Positions 9,924 to 20,101 of a stretch of 64,000 nucleotides of DNA are shown here, piece by piece. The position numbers were made by a program, and so were the translations under genes. This stretch comes from Desulfobacterales bacterium (GTDB lineage Bacteria; Desulfobacterota; Desulfobacteria; Desulfobacterales; UBA5616), in assembly GCA_046483495.1 (NCBI GenBank), contig JAWODC010000044.1, positions 96,001 to 160,000 on the forward strand. The letters are read 5' to 3'. The notes under the pieces were generated by a model that worked only from the letters and a program-made list of their open reading frames with translations, had not been told where the DNA came from and searched no databases. Every line of letters begins with the position of its first letter. Position 1 is the first letter of the stretch.

Positions 9924-10928
9924 ATGACCGGCTTAAAAAACATTATAAAATTCTTTCCGGCGATCGCGATGGTGATTATTTATGCCGGTAATTCGCCGGC
10001 CGGCGCCCAAGAGACCGCATCGATCGATTACCGGCTGAAATGGGTGTTCAATGCAAGTGTCGCCGGTGACATTTACGCCGAGGTGAATGGATTGTTTGCG
10101 TCAGCGGGGTTGAATGTCACCGTTAAGCCGGGCGGTCCTGAACGGGATGCGATAAAGGAAATCGAATTGGGTCGGGCTCAATTCGGTGTCGCATCCGCAG
10201 ATCAAGTGATCCGGGCCGTTGACAAGGGAGCGCGTATTGTGGTCGTCGCCCAGCTGTTTCAAATCAATCCGCTCCAGTGGATATACCGCCCGCGGAAAAC
10301 CTGCATCCGGACTCCCAAAGACCTCGAGGGGAAAATGATCGGAATTACCTACGGCGGAATCGATGAAAACATCATGAAGGCCTTATTGGCCAAACATCAT
10401 ATCGATGAAGATGACGTATCGTTTTACAGTGTCCGGTATGATTTCACACCGTTTTACCAGGGCAAAGTCGATTTATGGCCCATTTACCGCAATGCACAGG
10501 GTCCGATCATCGGCAGCAAGCTTATGGCAGCCGACGAAACGGTCGATTTCTTCGATCCGGATGCGCATGGCATTCATTCAGTGGCCAATTCCATCATCAC
10601 CGCCCCTTCCCTCCTGAAAAGCCATCCAAAACTGGTGGAGACGTTTCTCACAGCTTTGCTCGAAGGCTGGCAACTGGCCATGGATCCGGAAAATATCACC
10701 AAGACCGTCCGTACGATTCACATGTTCGACAAGGACACGTCTCCCGAAATCATCGAGCGTCAATTGATGCTGACCCGGCGGTTCGTGAAACCCTCTCCGG
10801 ATACCCGGATCGGGGCCATCGATGTACCGGCTTGGAAGGATACCGAAACCATGATGGTGCAACAGGAGCTTATCCCGTCACCGGTGGGAATCGAAGGTTA
10901 CCTGAAGGATTTATCTGCGCCTTTCTGA
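9924..10928 (+). CDS. ABC transporter substrate-binding protein (NMT1/THI5-like)
   Basis: Signal peptide, LKW...G, GLNVTVKPGGP and PKDLEGK motifs; operon position. Confidence 0.85.
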   Translation: MTGLKNIIKFFPAIAMVIIYAGNSPAGAQETASIDYRLKWVFNASVAGDIYAEVNGLFASAGLNVTVKPGGPERDAIKEIELGRAQFGVASADQVIRAVDKGARIVVVAQLFQINPLQWIYRPRKTCIRTPKDLEGKMIGITYGGIDENIMKALLAKHHIDEDDVSFYSVRYDFTPFYQGKVDLWPIYRNAQGPIIGSKLMAADETVDFFDPDAHGIHSVANSIITAPSLLKSHPKLVETFLTALLEGWQLAMDPENITKTVRTIHMFDKDTSPEIIERQLMLTRRFVKPSPDTRIGAIDVPAWKDTETMMVQQELIPSPVGIEGYLKDLSAPF

Positions 10929-11001
10929 TCCGGGTGTAGAGCATGGCCTGACCTTAGGCGAAAAAGACTACAGCCTTTTGGTTGCCTGCTGCAGGGCGCG
11001 A

Positions 11002-11946
11002 TCATGCCGCAATAATGGCGGCTACAGCGATGGCCAACACGGCAGGCGGATAATAGCTGGCCCGGTTGAACAACACCATGGCATTTTCCCGCACATCTGT
11101 TTTATAGAGATCCTTTGCGGGCAACACCAGCAGATAGATGCCGGCCGGTGCCGCACAGACGGCCCAAAGCGGGCCTGACGGAAGCCGTGAAACGATGATG
11201 GTAATGATGGTGAACAGAACCGCACTCGACAGGCATGCCACAACAAGGCGTGCCGATATCCGCGTACCGAATCGAACGGGAATCGTTCGGGCGTTCAGCC
11301 GCGCATCGATATCGATATCCGTCCAGTCCGCTGGAACATTTTGCCCTCCGATTTCCCAGAAAAATATACTTAAAAACAGTGCCGCCAGGAAAACCGGAGA
11401 CGGATCGGGATCTACGGCAAAAACAGCGGCTATTCCGCCGGTGGATTTGACAAAACCGCTGACAATGCTGCGATACGGAGACACATTCCACATCAGGCAA
11501 TACACAATTTCCAACAGCGTGCCTGCCGTAAAAATCACCAGGCATACCGGGTTCAAGAGATAAGCGCCGACCATCGCAACTGAAGCCCATCCGATTACCC
11601 AGGCCACGGCTTCTTTCATGGACAATAATCCCTGCGCCAGGGGGTGTCTGACGATGACGGCATCCAGATAACCCCTTCCCCCGCCTGACGTATCGTGACG
11701 CATGCGTTCTTTGTCCGGTTTTAAATCGATTGCATCATTCAATGCATAAACGGCGGTATAACCGGAAAAAGCGGTGATCATTCCCAAAAGCACGATTTTG
11801 AGGGGAGGGAAACCCCCCAGCCAGAGCAGTACGGCAAACGCCGGCGTGGCCATATCCAAAACCCCATGGGGGGTGCGCGAAAGTGCCAGGAACAGTTTGA
11901 AGCGGTCGATGCGGGTAGCCGGCGGCGTCATTGCCGTGGGATCCAT
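11002..11946 (-). CDS. UbiA family prenyltransferase
   Basis: NDAIDLKPD and DWTDIDID Asp-rich motifs, RHPLAQG, TIPVRFG; multiple TM segments. Confidence 0.88.
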   Translation of the reverse strand: MDPTAMTPPATRIDRFKLFLALSRTPHGVLDMATPAFAVLLWLGGFPPLKIVLLGMITAFSGYTAVYALNDAIDLKPDKERMRHDTSGGGRGYLDAVIVRHPLAQGLLSMKEAVAWVIGWASVAMVGAYLLNPVCLVIFTAGTLLEIVYCLMWNVSPYRSIVSGFVKSTGGIAAVFAVDPDPSPVFLAALFLSIFFWEIGGQNVPADWTDIDIDARLNARTIPVRFGTRISARLVVACLSSAVLFTIITIIVSRLPSGPLWAVCAAPAGIYLLVLPAKDLYKTDVRENAMVLFNRASYYPPAVLAIAVAAIIAA

Positions 11947-12075
11947 GGCGAATCATCTTTCCGAAATGATTGGGGTCGAAGCGAACTTTCGAAGAATCAT
12001 TTAATTCAGTATCTTACTCGCCATTACACGAAAAGTCAACATGCGGATATCTCCATATGTTTGTATTTATTTATA

Positions 12076-12088
12076 AATCAGGTGCTTG
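12076..12088 (+). promoter_or_regulatory. Putative IHF-binding site
   Basis: AATCAGGTGCTTG matches WATCARNNNNTTR with an AT-rich 5' flank. Confidence 0.35.
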
Positions 12089-12317
12089 TACAATTCTGGG
12101 TTGCCGCTTAAATTTCCGTTCATTTTTTTCATAATCTGCAGCCTTGGATAGAAAGATTCTGATACCGTCGTCTACCCGGCGCGGGCTTACCAATATGGCG
12201 GTATGGTGCAAATATCGTTATTGAAAAAGCGCCTCCTCCGATCTTTACTGACAATTCTTCCGTTTTGTGTTATTGGTCATCACGTTTTCTTATAAAAAAG
12301 ATAAGAGGAGATGCACC

Positions 12318-13604
12318 ATGAGTGAGCAGGAAACGCTGTTGGGCGACATCCGCGTGTTGGACCTCACCGGGGAGGCCGGAGTTTACTGCACCAAGCTCCT
12401 TGCCGATTTGGGTGCGGACGTTCTGCGCATCGAACCCCCCGGCGGGCACCCCATGAGAAACATCGGGCCGTTTGTCCATGATGACCCCGATCCGACGAAG
12501 AGCCTTTACTGGTTCCATTTCAACACCAGTAAACGCGGCATTACCCTGGCGCTTGAAAACGCCGACGGCCGAGAGATATTCAAGCAGCTCCTGAAAACCG
12601 CCGATATCGTGGTGGACACGTATCCGCCGGGTTATATGGAGAACATCGGCCTTGGGTACGAGGTGCTGAAGAAAATCAATCCCATGCTGATACAGACGTC
12701 CATCACCCCTTTCGGGCAAACCGGGCCCTACCATGATTTTCCGGCATCGGACATGGTTGCCCAGGCCATGGGCGGATTGATGTATCTCGCCGGTTTTCCC
12801 GAGAACCCGCCCTATAAACTCGGATGTTCTCAGGCATATCACAGCGCATCGGTTCATGCCGCCGTGGGAACGATGATCGCGCTGTATGCCCGGGACGACA
12901 TCGGAACCGGGCAGTTTGTGGACGTATCGCTCCAGGAGTCCGTCCTTATGTCGCTTGAAACCGCCATGCAGCATTACGACATGCGAAAAGAAATCCGCAA
13001 GAGGATGGGACGGGAAGAACCGACCGTACCGGGCATCGGGCTCTATCCCTGCAAGAACGGGTACGTCTTCTCATACGTCGTTGCGAGTTTCGGCGCCGGC
13101 TGGGACGCCATTATCGAGTGGATGGATTCCGAAGGCATGGCCGGAGATCTGAAGGACGACACGTACGACGATGTGTGGGAGCTGATCAGCAACTACAGCG
13201 CATTGGTGGCGCTGATCAATGATCCGCCCAAGCTGATGGCCATGCTCGAAAAATTCTCGCATGTAAGCAATCTCTTGAAAACGTTTTTGATGACAAAAAC
13301 GAAACAGGAGATATTCGACCAGGCCGCTGAAAGACGCATCATGATCAACCCGGTGCAGAATGCGAAAGATATCGTCGAGAGCCCCCAATTCAACGCTCTG
13401 GGTTATGTAACGGATGTCGAACATCCCGAATTGAACATGACCCTGAAGTATCCCGGAGCGCCGTATTACCACATTTCCGAGACGCCCTGGCGAATATCGT
13501 GCCGCGCACCGCTTCCAGGCGAACACAATTCGGAAATATATGAAAATGAACTGGGGATGACCCGTGAGCAGATCATGATTCTTCAAAGCGAAGGGGCCGT
13601 TTAG
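12318..13604 (+). CDS. Family III CoA-transferase (CaiB/BaiF), BbsE-like subunit
   Basis: RVLDL, LADLGADVLRIEPP, NTSKRGITL, ITPFGQTGP and GQFVDVS motifs. Start ATG 12318 after SD GAGGAG. Confidence 0.92.
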   Translation: MSEQETLLGDIRVLDLTGEAGVYCTKLLADLGADVLRIEPPGGHPMRNIGPFVHDDPDPTKSLYWFHFNTSKRGITLALENADGREIFKQLLKTADIVVDTYPPGYMENIGLGYEVLKKINPMLIQTSITPFGQTGPYHDFPASDMVAQAMGGLMYLAGFPENPPYKLGCSQAYHSASVHAAVGTMIALYARDDIGTGQFVDVSLQESVLMSLETAMQHYDMRKEIRKRMGREEPTVPGIGLYPCKNGYVFSYVVASFGAGWDAIIEWMDSEGMAGDLKDDTYDDVWELISNYSALVALINDPPKLMAMLEKFSHVSNLLKTFLMTKTKQEIFDQAAERRIMINPVQNAKDIVESPQFNALGYVTDVEHPELNMTLKYPGAPYYHISETPWRISCRAPLPGEHNSEIYENELGMTREQIMILQSEGAV

Positions 13605-13614
13605 GAGGGAAAAA

Positions 13615-14904
13615 ATGAGCGACAGGAAATTGCCTTTTGAAGGCATCCGGATATGTGATTTCTCGTGGTTTGCCGCATCTCCCGTGGCCACCAGGATGTT
13701 TGCCGACCATGGTGCGGAGGTCATTAAAATGGAGTCGTTTACGCATCCCGACGGCATCCGTGCTTCCAACCCGAAAACACCGGGCATGGAAGACAGCCTC
13801 AACGTAGGTGGTTGGTTTAACAACATGAACAGCTCGAAACTGTGCTTGGGGCTCAATCTTGCACATCCCCGGGCGAAACGCGTTTATGACCGCCTCATCA
13901 TGGCCAGCGATATCGTTGTCGAAAACTTTTCACCACGGGTAAAAGACCGTATGGGGCTCAACTACGAAGATTATGTCAAGATCAAACCGGATATCATATG
14001 GGTGGACCAGCCCATGCAGGGATTGAAGGGCCCTCACCGAAACCGCGCAGGCTTCGGGGCTGTCATCACCCCTCTAGGCGGGTTAAGCCACTTATCAGGA
14101 TATCCGGACCGTCCCCCCATCGGTACCGGAACCAACTACACCGATTATGTCATCAATCCGGGGCACCTGGCCCTTGCGATGACAGCGGCTCTCCGGAGGC
14201 GGCGCAAAACAGGAAAGGGGCAGCACATCATCATGGCGCAAGTCGCGTCCGCCGCTTCGATTCTCGAAACCGCAGTGCTCGATTATACGGTGAACAACCG
14301 CATTCAGGTAAGGACGGGCAACCGAAATCCCCATGCGGCGCCTCATGGATGCTATCCCTGCCGGGGCGAGAACCGGGATATTACCGTCTTGACGAATCTC
14401 GGGCCGACACCGGCGAAAAAGAATGACCGTTGGTGTGTCATCTGCGTGTTCAACGATTCCCAATGGAATTCACTGTGCGGTATCATGGGAAATCCACCAT
14501 GGGCTAAGGATGAAAAATTTTCGACTTTGTCGGCCAGAAAGCAAAATGAAGATGAACTGGACCGTCTTATCGGGGAATGGACCCTATCCCGAACGCCGGA
14601 GGAAATCATGATGCTCCTCCAAAAAGCCGGCGTGCCGTCCGGGGTGGTCCAGGATTCGGAAGACATTCTGATTTCCGATCCACAAATCAGATCCAGGGGC
14701 TATTATGTATACCTGGAGCACTGCGAGACGGGAAACAGCGCCTATGATGGATATGCCTATCACCTCTCCGAAACGCCGGGCAAGCTCAGAAGTCCCGCCC
14801 CACGAATAGGGGAGCATACGGAATACGTCTGCAAGGAAGTGCTCGGTATGCAGGAAGAAGAAATCGACGAGCTGATTGTGGAAGGGGTTTTGGAGATCGG
14901 ATAA
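13615..14904 (+). CDS. Family III CoA-transferase (CaiB/BaiF), BbsF-like subunit
   Basis: FADHGAEVIKME, DIVVENF, NYTDY and APRIGEHT motifs. Confidence 0.92.
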   Translation: MSDRKLPFEGIRICDFSWFAASPVATRMFADHGAEVIKMESFTHPDGIRASNPKTPGMEDSLNVGGWFNNMNSSKLCLGLNLAHPRAKRVYDRLIMASDIVVENFSPRVKDRMGLNYEDYVKIKPDIIWVDQPMQGLKGPHRNRAGFGAVITPLGGLSHLSGYPDRPPIGTGTNYTDYVINPGHLALAMTAALRRRRKTGKGQHIIMAQVASAASILETAVLDYTVNNRIQVRTGNRNPHAAPHGCYPCRGENRDITVLTNLGPTPAKKNDRWCVICVFNDSQWNSLCGIMGNPPWAKDEKFSTLSARKQNEDELDRLIGEWTLSRTPEEIMMLLQKAGVPSGVVQDSEDILISDPQIRSRGYYVYLEHCETGNSAYDGYAYHLSETPGKLRSPAPRIGEHTEYVCKEVLGMQEEEIDELIVEGVLEIG

Positions 14905-14965
14905 AACCATTCCGGAGGTGAGACGATAAATGCGCCGCCTCACCTCCGGGTCGGGCTTATCGCAA

Positions 14966-15835
14966 TCACGAAAGGGCTTCCTGAACCGCCTTTTCCAGTT
15001 CAGTGAAAAAATCATCCAGGGTGGTATTCTGGTATGCGAGAATGCGCTGGGATTCGTGCGTATCATACCAGGTAAACCAGCCGGGATGATCCAGAAAATG
15101 CATTTCATCCAGTGGAATTTCCATGATTTCCCCCCATCGGCTCACATATTCTCTGCCGGTTACCTGCCAGCTTTTCCCGCCCGCGAGAATCAAGGTTTTC
15201 CCGAATGCTTCCGTTTTTCCGGGAAGTGCCGCCATCGCCGTGGCAAGATCCTTCAGGCAGATCAGTTCGATTTTCTGGTCTTTCTGAAAGGCCCAGGGTT
15301 CCGGTGGATCCAGGAAGGCGGGAATGACCACCCCGGATATCCTCAGGTTCACGAAGTTCAGATTCGACCCGAACAGGATCTTCTCGGCTTCCACCTTGCT
15401 TTGCGCATACCAGTCCTTCGGCCGGGGCGGATCATCCGGACCGATCGGCCTTTCCGAACCGTCGCTGTCGCCGTAAACATGAACGGATGACGTGAAAACC
15501 ACGTCCGGCGGATTCGAGGTTTGGGAACAGGCATTCAACAGCACCCGGGTTCCCTCGACATTGATCATAAACGTTCTTTCCCGGTCGACTTCACTCCCGG
15601 GAGGCAAAACAGCAGCGAGGTGGAACACGAGATCCACGCCGTTTACGGCATTCTTCAACGACTCCGGAGCCAGGATATCTCCCCGGTGAATCGTGGTATT
15701 TTCCCACCCGTCGAAAACATCGTAATCGCAGGAAGGAAGATCGAAAATTCTCAGATGATGCCCCTGGTCCTTCAGCATAGCGGCAAGCATCCGTCCGAAA
15801 CTCCCCGCCCCTCCGGTAATTAGAATATCCGCCAT
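14966..15835 (-). CDS. NAD-dependent epimerase/dehydratase (extended SDR)
   Basis: TGGAGSFG, FHLAA, TSSVHVYG and YAQSK motifs. Confidence 0.9.
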   Translation of the reverse strand: MADILITGGAGSFGRMLAAMLKDQGHHLRIFDLPSCDYDVFDGWENTTIHRGDILAPESLKNAVNGVDLVFHLAAVLPPGSEVDRERTFMINVEGTRVLLNACSQTSNPPDVVFTSSVHVYGDSDGSERPIGPDDPPRPKDWYAQSKVEAEKILFGSNLNFVNLRISGVVIPAFLDPPEPWAFQKDQKIELICLKDLATAMAALPGKTEAFGKTLILAGGKSWQVTGREYVSRWGEIMEIPLDEMHFLDHPGWFTWYDTHESQRILAYQNTTLDDFFTELEKAVQEALS

Positions 15836-15872
15836 GATGCATATCCCTTTCTGGATAGAAAACCGTCAAGCC

Positions 15873-16151
15873 TTATCCGCCGGCCATGTGGACCACGATG
15901 GAAATCGATTCGCCGGGTTTGAGAGGCTGGTCTTTTCTCTCGAGGTCCCTGCCCTCACCCACGCACAGAATGCCCGGTTTGAATTCCAACGTTTCAGAAT
16001 CCCATAAACTTTTGGGAAGGCTCTCACCGAAACGTCTGCCGATTTCCGCCAACAGATCCCCGTACACGGCACCCTCAGGCAGCTCGAGATCTGCCGTGTC
16101 CGTTCCGATATATTCTTTGAACAATCCTAATAAATGAATCGTTACGTTCAT
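15873..16151 (-). CDS. MoaD/ThiS family sulfur carrier
   Basis: 92 aa ending in HMAGG (C-terminal Gly-Gly); in the AOR cassette. Confidence 0.85.
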   Translation of the reverse strand: MNVTIHLLGLFKEYIGTDTADLELPEGAVYGDLLAEIGRRFGESLPKSLWDSETLEFKPGILCVGEGRDLERKDQPLKPGESISIVVHMAGG

Positions 16152-16232
16152 AGACGCCGAAATCCATATAACCGGTGTCCATCCGGAAACAAGTAAATTG
16201 GAGTGAATCAGCCATTTCCAGATGGGCACTGA

Positions 16233-16574
16233 CTAAGTCATAATAACCGTTTTATCCTTTAAGGATTGTGCAAAGGCCATAACGGCATCGGCAAATCCTT
16301 CCAATCGCCACTTCAGATCATCCAATTCATCCGTGTCCTGTGCATCTTCCCATGCTTCTTCGAGGTTTTGTGCCGCATCGAACACCGGAAATGCCAGGTT
16401 CGCACCTTCCTTCGTTCGAAGGGAGGGCTTGTTTTTCATGCCGTTCAATTCTTCACATGCCTTGCGGGCATCTTCCAGCAGTGACCCGTCTGTAAAAACC
16501 CCGGCATCGCCCACGCCGGTCAAAACGTTTCCCGCCACATCGATCGCCTTATTCACATAATCTTTTCCGTTCAC
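16233..16574 (-). CDS. Hypothetical acidic helical protein
   Basis: GTG start with SD AAGAGG; co-oriented between AOR and MoaD. Confidence 0.75.
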   Translation of the reverse strand: MNGKDYVNKAIDVAGNVLTGVGDAGVFTDGSLLEDARKACEELNGMKNKPSLRTKEGANLAFPVFDAAQNLEEAWEDAQDTDELDDLKWRLEGFADAVMAFAQSLKDKTVIMT

Positions 16575-16608
16575 GCAAATACCTCTTCTTTTGATGGTGA
16601 TTCAGCAT

Positions 16609-16660
16609 GAGAAAGAGAAACCGAGAAGCCATGAAAAAGCACTTCCCGGTCTTTCTATCT
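16609..16660. other. Imperfect inverted repeat between AOR and the downstream gene
   Basis: GAGAAAGAGAAACCGAGAAG...CTTCCCGGTCTTTCTATCTC. Confidence 0.4.
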
Positions 16661-16703
16661 CCTACGTTTCTATTGTCTTTTAAGCATCATGTTACGGAAC
16701 TGC

Positions 16704-18560
16704 TCAACCCCCGATTTCTTCGGCCGCCCGGCTCAAGCCAAGGGCCTGAAGTTTGTCTTTGGTCGGAATGCCCGTTTCATTCCATCCCCGGAGTTGGTAG
16801 TACTCGTTGAGCTGGTATTCCAAATCAGCGGCTTTACCGGCCGCTCCGCCATCGGGGAGAGGGGTAACCAACCGCTCGGGAAGTACATCATCCTTGCGGG
16901 TAATGCCCTCCCTGCAGGCGAAAGCACGCTGCAGGTTCAAAATGCGTTCACCCACCTGCAGAATGGATTGGGTCGTATACGGCAACCCGGTAGTCAGCGT
17001 CATCAAACCGGCGATGTGGGACGGCTGCAGCGCCAATCCACCGAACATGCAAATCGCCATGGAGTTGAAAAGTCCCGACAAGTCCTGGGCGACCTTGGCT
17101 GCCAAGCCTTTATTTTTCTTGTCGAATCGGCCTTGCTTGTAGCGAATGCCCGCCTCCGTCGAGATCAAGCCCATTTCAAACATGAAAGAACTGCCCTGCA
17201 CATGGCATGCCCCCCGGGTACCGGTGGCATAATTCACCGCCAGGCTTTGGAAGGCCCTGGGATCGTGCATGGGTACCTCCATCCCCTTGACATGTATGGC
17301 ATACTCCCCGGTTCCCTTGCCGATTTTTTCGGCGGCCTTCTTGCATCCCTGGGCCAGAACCGCACCGAATCCCTCGCCTTTACCCATCTGTTCGAATATC
17401 TCGATGGCGGCGTCCACATTACCCCAGGTCAATTCGATGCCGCCGGTGTCCTCTTTCGTTATGGCGCCTTTTTCATAGGCCTCCATGGCCCATGCTACGG
17501 TGCATCCGGCGGAAATGGTGTCCATGCCGTGCTTGTTGCAGATTTCTCCTATCCAGGAAACCGCTTCCAAATCGTCGATCAGCAGCATGGAACCGCATGA
17601 CCCCAGTGTTTCATACTCCGGACCCGGACCTTCATAGGCAAACCGGCCTTTAGGGATTTCGACCCAGCGGGCACAGCGAATCGGACAGTTAAAGCACGCG
17701 GCCGAATGAGGCTTAAGAATGGTTTCGGCCATTTTTTGTCCACCGAGATTCATGCATCCTTCCTTCCACAAACCGACCTGCCAATTTTTCACAGGCACGT
17801 CTCCGGTGGTCCATCCCATGTCCATGGAGGATGCCGTTCCCCACCTGCCCATCTGCTGTATTTGGGGGCTGTCCGTCAAACCCTGTATAATCTGCTTGGA
17901 CGTTTCATTAAAGAAATCGGGCAGGGCCACGTTGATTTTTTCTTTTCCCCTGGCGACGACCGCCTTGAGATATTTCGACCCCATAACCGCCCCGGTGCCG
18001 CCCCGTCCGGCGGCCCGTCCCTCGTCGTTCATGACGCAGGCAATCGGGGACAGGGTTTCACCGGCTGCGCCGATGCAGGCGATTCGGGCACGCTTTTCAC
18101 CGGTTTTTTCCCTTAAGATATCCTGTGTTTGGTAAGCGTCCTTTCCCCAGATATCCGTAGCATCCCGCAAATGGACACCGCCGTTGATCAATTCCAGGTA
18201 CACGGGTGAATCCGCTTTTCCGGTAAATACGATTCCATCGAATCCGCACTTCTTGAGCTCGACTCCGAAAAATCCCGAAGACGTAGATGTCGCCATGATG
18301 CCGGTCAGCGGAGACTTGGCGGATACCGTAAACCGGCCGGAGGTTGGAAAACGGGTTCCGGTTACCGGACCGGTCATAATGATCAGTTGGTTTTCCGGCC
18401 CCAACGGATCGGATTTGGCCGGGACATTGTCATATAGGATTTTCGTGGCAAAACCCGAACCGCCGATGAAATCCTGGGCCATTTGCGGATCGATTTCCTT
18501 TTCTTGGGTTGTTCTTGTCGTAAGGTCTACATACAGGATCTTTCCCATATATCCAAACAT
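16704..18560 (-). CDS. aor: Aldehyde:ferredoxin oxidoreductase (tungstopterin AOR family)
   Basis: KSPLTG, AAGRGGTGAVMGSKYLKA, ACFNCPIRC, GPEYET, GMDTIS and RGACH motifs. Confidence 0.95.
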   Translation of the reverse strand: MFGYMGKILYVDLTTRTTQEKEIDPQMAQDFIGGSGFATKILYDNVPAKSDPLGPENQLIIMTGPVTGTRFPTSGRFTVSAKSPLTGIMATSTSSGFFGVELKKCGFDGIVFTGKADSPVYLELINGGVHLRDATDIWGKDAYQTQDILREKTGEKRARIACIGAAGETLSPIACVMNDEGRAAGRGGTGAVMGSKYLKAVVARGKEKINVALPDFFNETSKQIIQGLTDSPQIQQMGRWGTASSMDMGWTTGDVPVKNWQVGLWKEGCMNLGGQKMAETILKPHSAACFNCPIRCARWVEIPKGRFAYEGPGPEYETLGSCGSMLLIDDLEAVSWIGEICNKHGMDTISAGCTVAWAMEAYEKGAITKEDTGGIELTWGNVDAAIEIFEQMGKGEGFGAVLAQGCKKAAEKIGKGTGEYAIHVKGMEVPMHDPRAFQSLAVNYATGTRGACHVQGSSFMFEMGLISTEAGIRYKQGRFDKKNKGLAAKVAQDLSGLFNSMAICMFGGLALQPSHIAGLMTLTTGLPYTTQSILQVGERILNLQRAFACREGITRKDDVLPERLVTPLPDGGAAGKAADLEYQLNEYYQLRGWNETGIPTKDKLQALGLSRAAEEIGG

Positions 18561-18576
18561 GATGCCACCCCCCTTT

Positions 18577-19890
18577 TTATCTCATGTCTTCCAGATCGAT
18601 TTCCTCTGCCCGTTTAAAGCCGCCGGGCGGATAAATATCGCCTTTTTTGGCAAACATTTTGCTGTGTTTTGCACCGGCAGGTGCTTCGCAGAACGTAAAC
18701 GAAGAATCATCGTCGAGCGGGGGAATTTCGACCAGTTCAAAATCCCTGGTCCCCAATCCGATTTGCTGCCCGACATTCGGCTGTATCTCCTGGCTGATGC
18801 CCATGAATGATCCACAGGCCGTAAACTTGGGAAGCCCCGGTTCCATGACCCCTTTGGCCATGGCAACGGATCCGGGCATACCTGCCGACTCTGTCGCTTT
18901 TTGCAGGCACGCCGAATCGACAGCTACCGGGTCCCATGATGCAAATACCCCCAGATTGGGAATGATTGCCCGGTCGCTGTAAGTGACGCAGTCGCAAAAC
19001 GGGGAGATGTCAAGCGCCAGGTTGATGTAGCCGATTTTGTCTCTTCCGACCGCTTTTGCCGCAGCAAGCGCCGAATCCGCAATGGCGGCCGAGGTGGCGT
19101 CAAAGTAATCATCCGGCATCATGGCCACCCCGCACATGGCCAAAAGAGGCAGGCATGCCAGACATCCCACGCATTTTTCCCTGTCCCATTCGATCCGGTT
19201 GTTTGCAAAGGAGATGGCACCGACGGAACAGATCCGGCGGCATATATCGTAATCGGGGCAGTCTTTCCCCACGCACCGTTCCGGCACATATGGCCGTTCC
19301 CGAAGACCATACTTGGGATGACCGCCAAGGTGCAGGTTGAGTTTTCCTCGTTTGGAAGCACATCCGACCCCCATGTTTTTCAATGCACCGCCGTAAGTGC
19401 CCATGGGATGTCCTTTAAAATGGGTCAGCAGGATCATGGCATCGGCAAGCGCGATTCCCGACCCGACGTACTGTTCCTTCAATATAAATCCTTCGGGCAA
19501 ATCGATCCGGACATCATCTGTTCCGATAAATCCATCTGCGATTACGATAGGACATCCAACCGTAGACATCGTGAACCCGTTTCGCGCGATGGTTTTCAGG
19601 TGGTCCAGCGCCGTGACGCGTGAAGCGTATGTGAAATACGGAAGCGTCGTGGTGTCTACCACCATGGGGTCACCCCCAAGGCTTTTAATCTTGTCCACCA
19701 GGGCGCGCACGTAAACCGGACGTATATAGGCCGTATTATTGTACTCGCCCATGTGGAGTTTAATGGCCACCACATCATTGGGTTTAATTAAATCACCAAA
19801 TCCGGCCGTATCGAACAGCGTAAGCATTTTGGCAACCAGGCTGGTCTGATTTGATTGCGACCGGTCATCCATGAAGTATACCTTTGCCAT
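18577..19890 (-). CDS. DUF362 domain Fe-S protein
   Basis: VAIKLHMGE, LTHFKGH, GGALKNMGVGCAS, ferredoxin-type Cys clusters, CDC and DPVAVD. Confidence 0.88.
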   Translation of the reverse strand: MAKVYFMDDRSQSNQTSLVAKMLTLFDTAGFGDLIKPNDVVAIKLHMGEYNNTAYIRPVYVRALVDKIKSLGGDPMVVDTTTLPYFTYASRVTALDHLKTIARNGFTMSTVGCPIVIADGFIGTDDVRIDLPEGFILKEQYVGSGIALADAMILLTHFKGHPMGTYGGALKNMGVGCASKRGKLNLHLGGHPKYGLRERPYVPERCVGKDCPDYDICRRICSVGAISFANNRIEWDREKCVGCLACLPLLAMCGVAMMPDDYFDATSAAIADSALAAAKAVGRDKIGYINLALDISPFCDCVTYSDRAIIPNLGVFASWDPVAVDSACLQKATESAGMPGSVAMAKGVMEPGLPKFTACGSFMGISQEIQPNVGQQIGLGTRDFELVEIPPLDDDSSFTFCEAPAGAKHSKMFAKKGDIYPPGGFKRAEEIDLEDMR

Positions 19891-20101
19891 ATCAGGCCTC
19901 CTTTGAAGAAACTAGAGGAAATCGGGTTAATCACCACCTGTGACAGACTGGAATTTGAACACTTCTCGTTCCGGAACAGGCATGCTGAGAATGCAGAAAA
20001 TTATTGGACGAAATAACAATTATTCGAAAAAGGGTAATTCAGTCAAGATACTTAAAATTAAATCAGCTGCATGTCAACCGTTTTTAGAACCGGCCGCGGT
20101 T

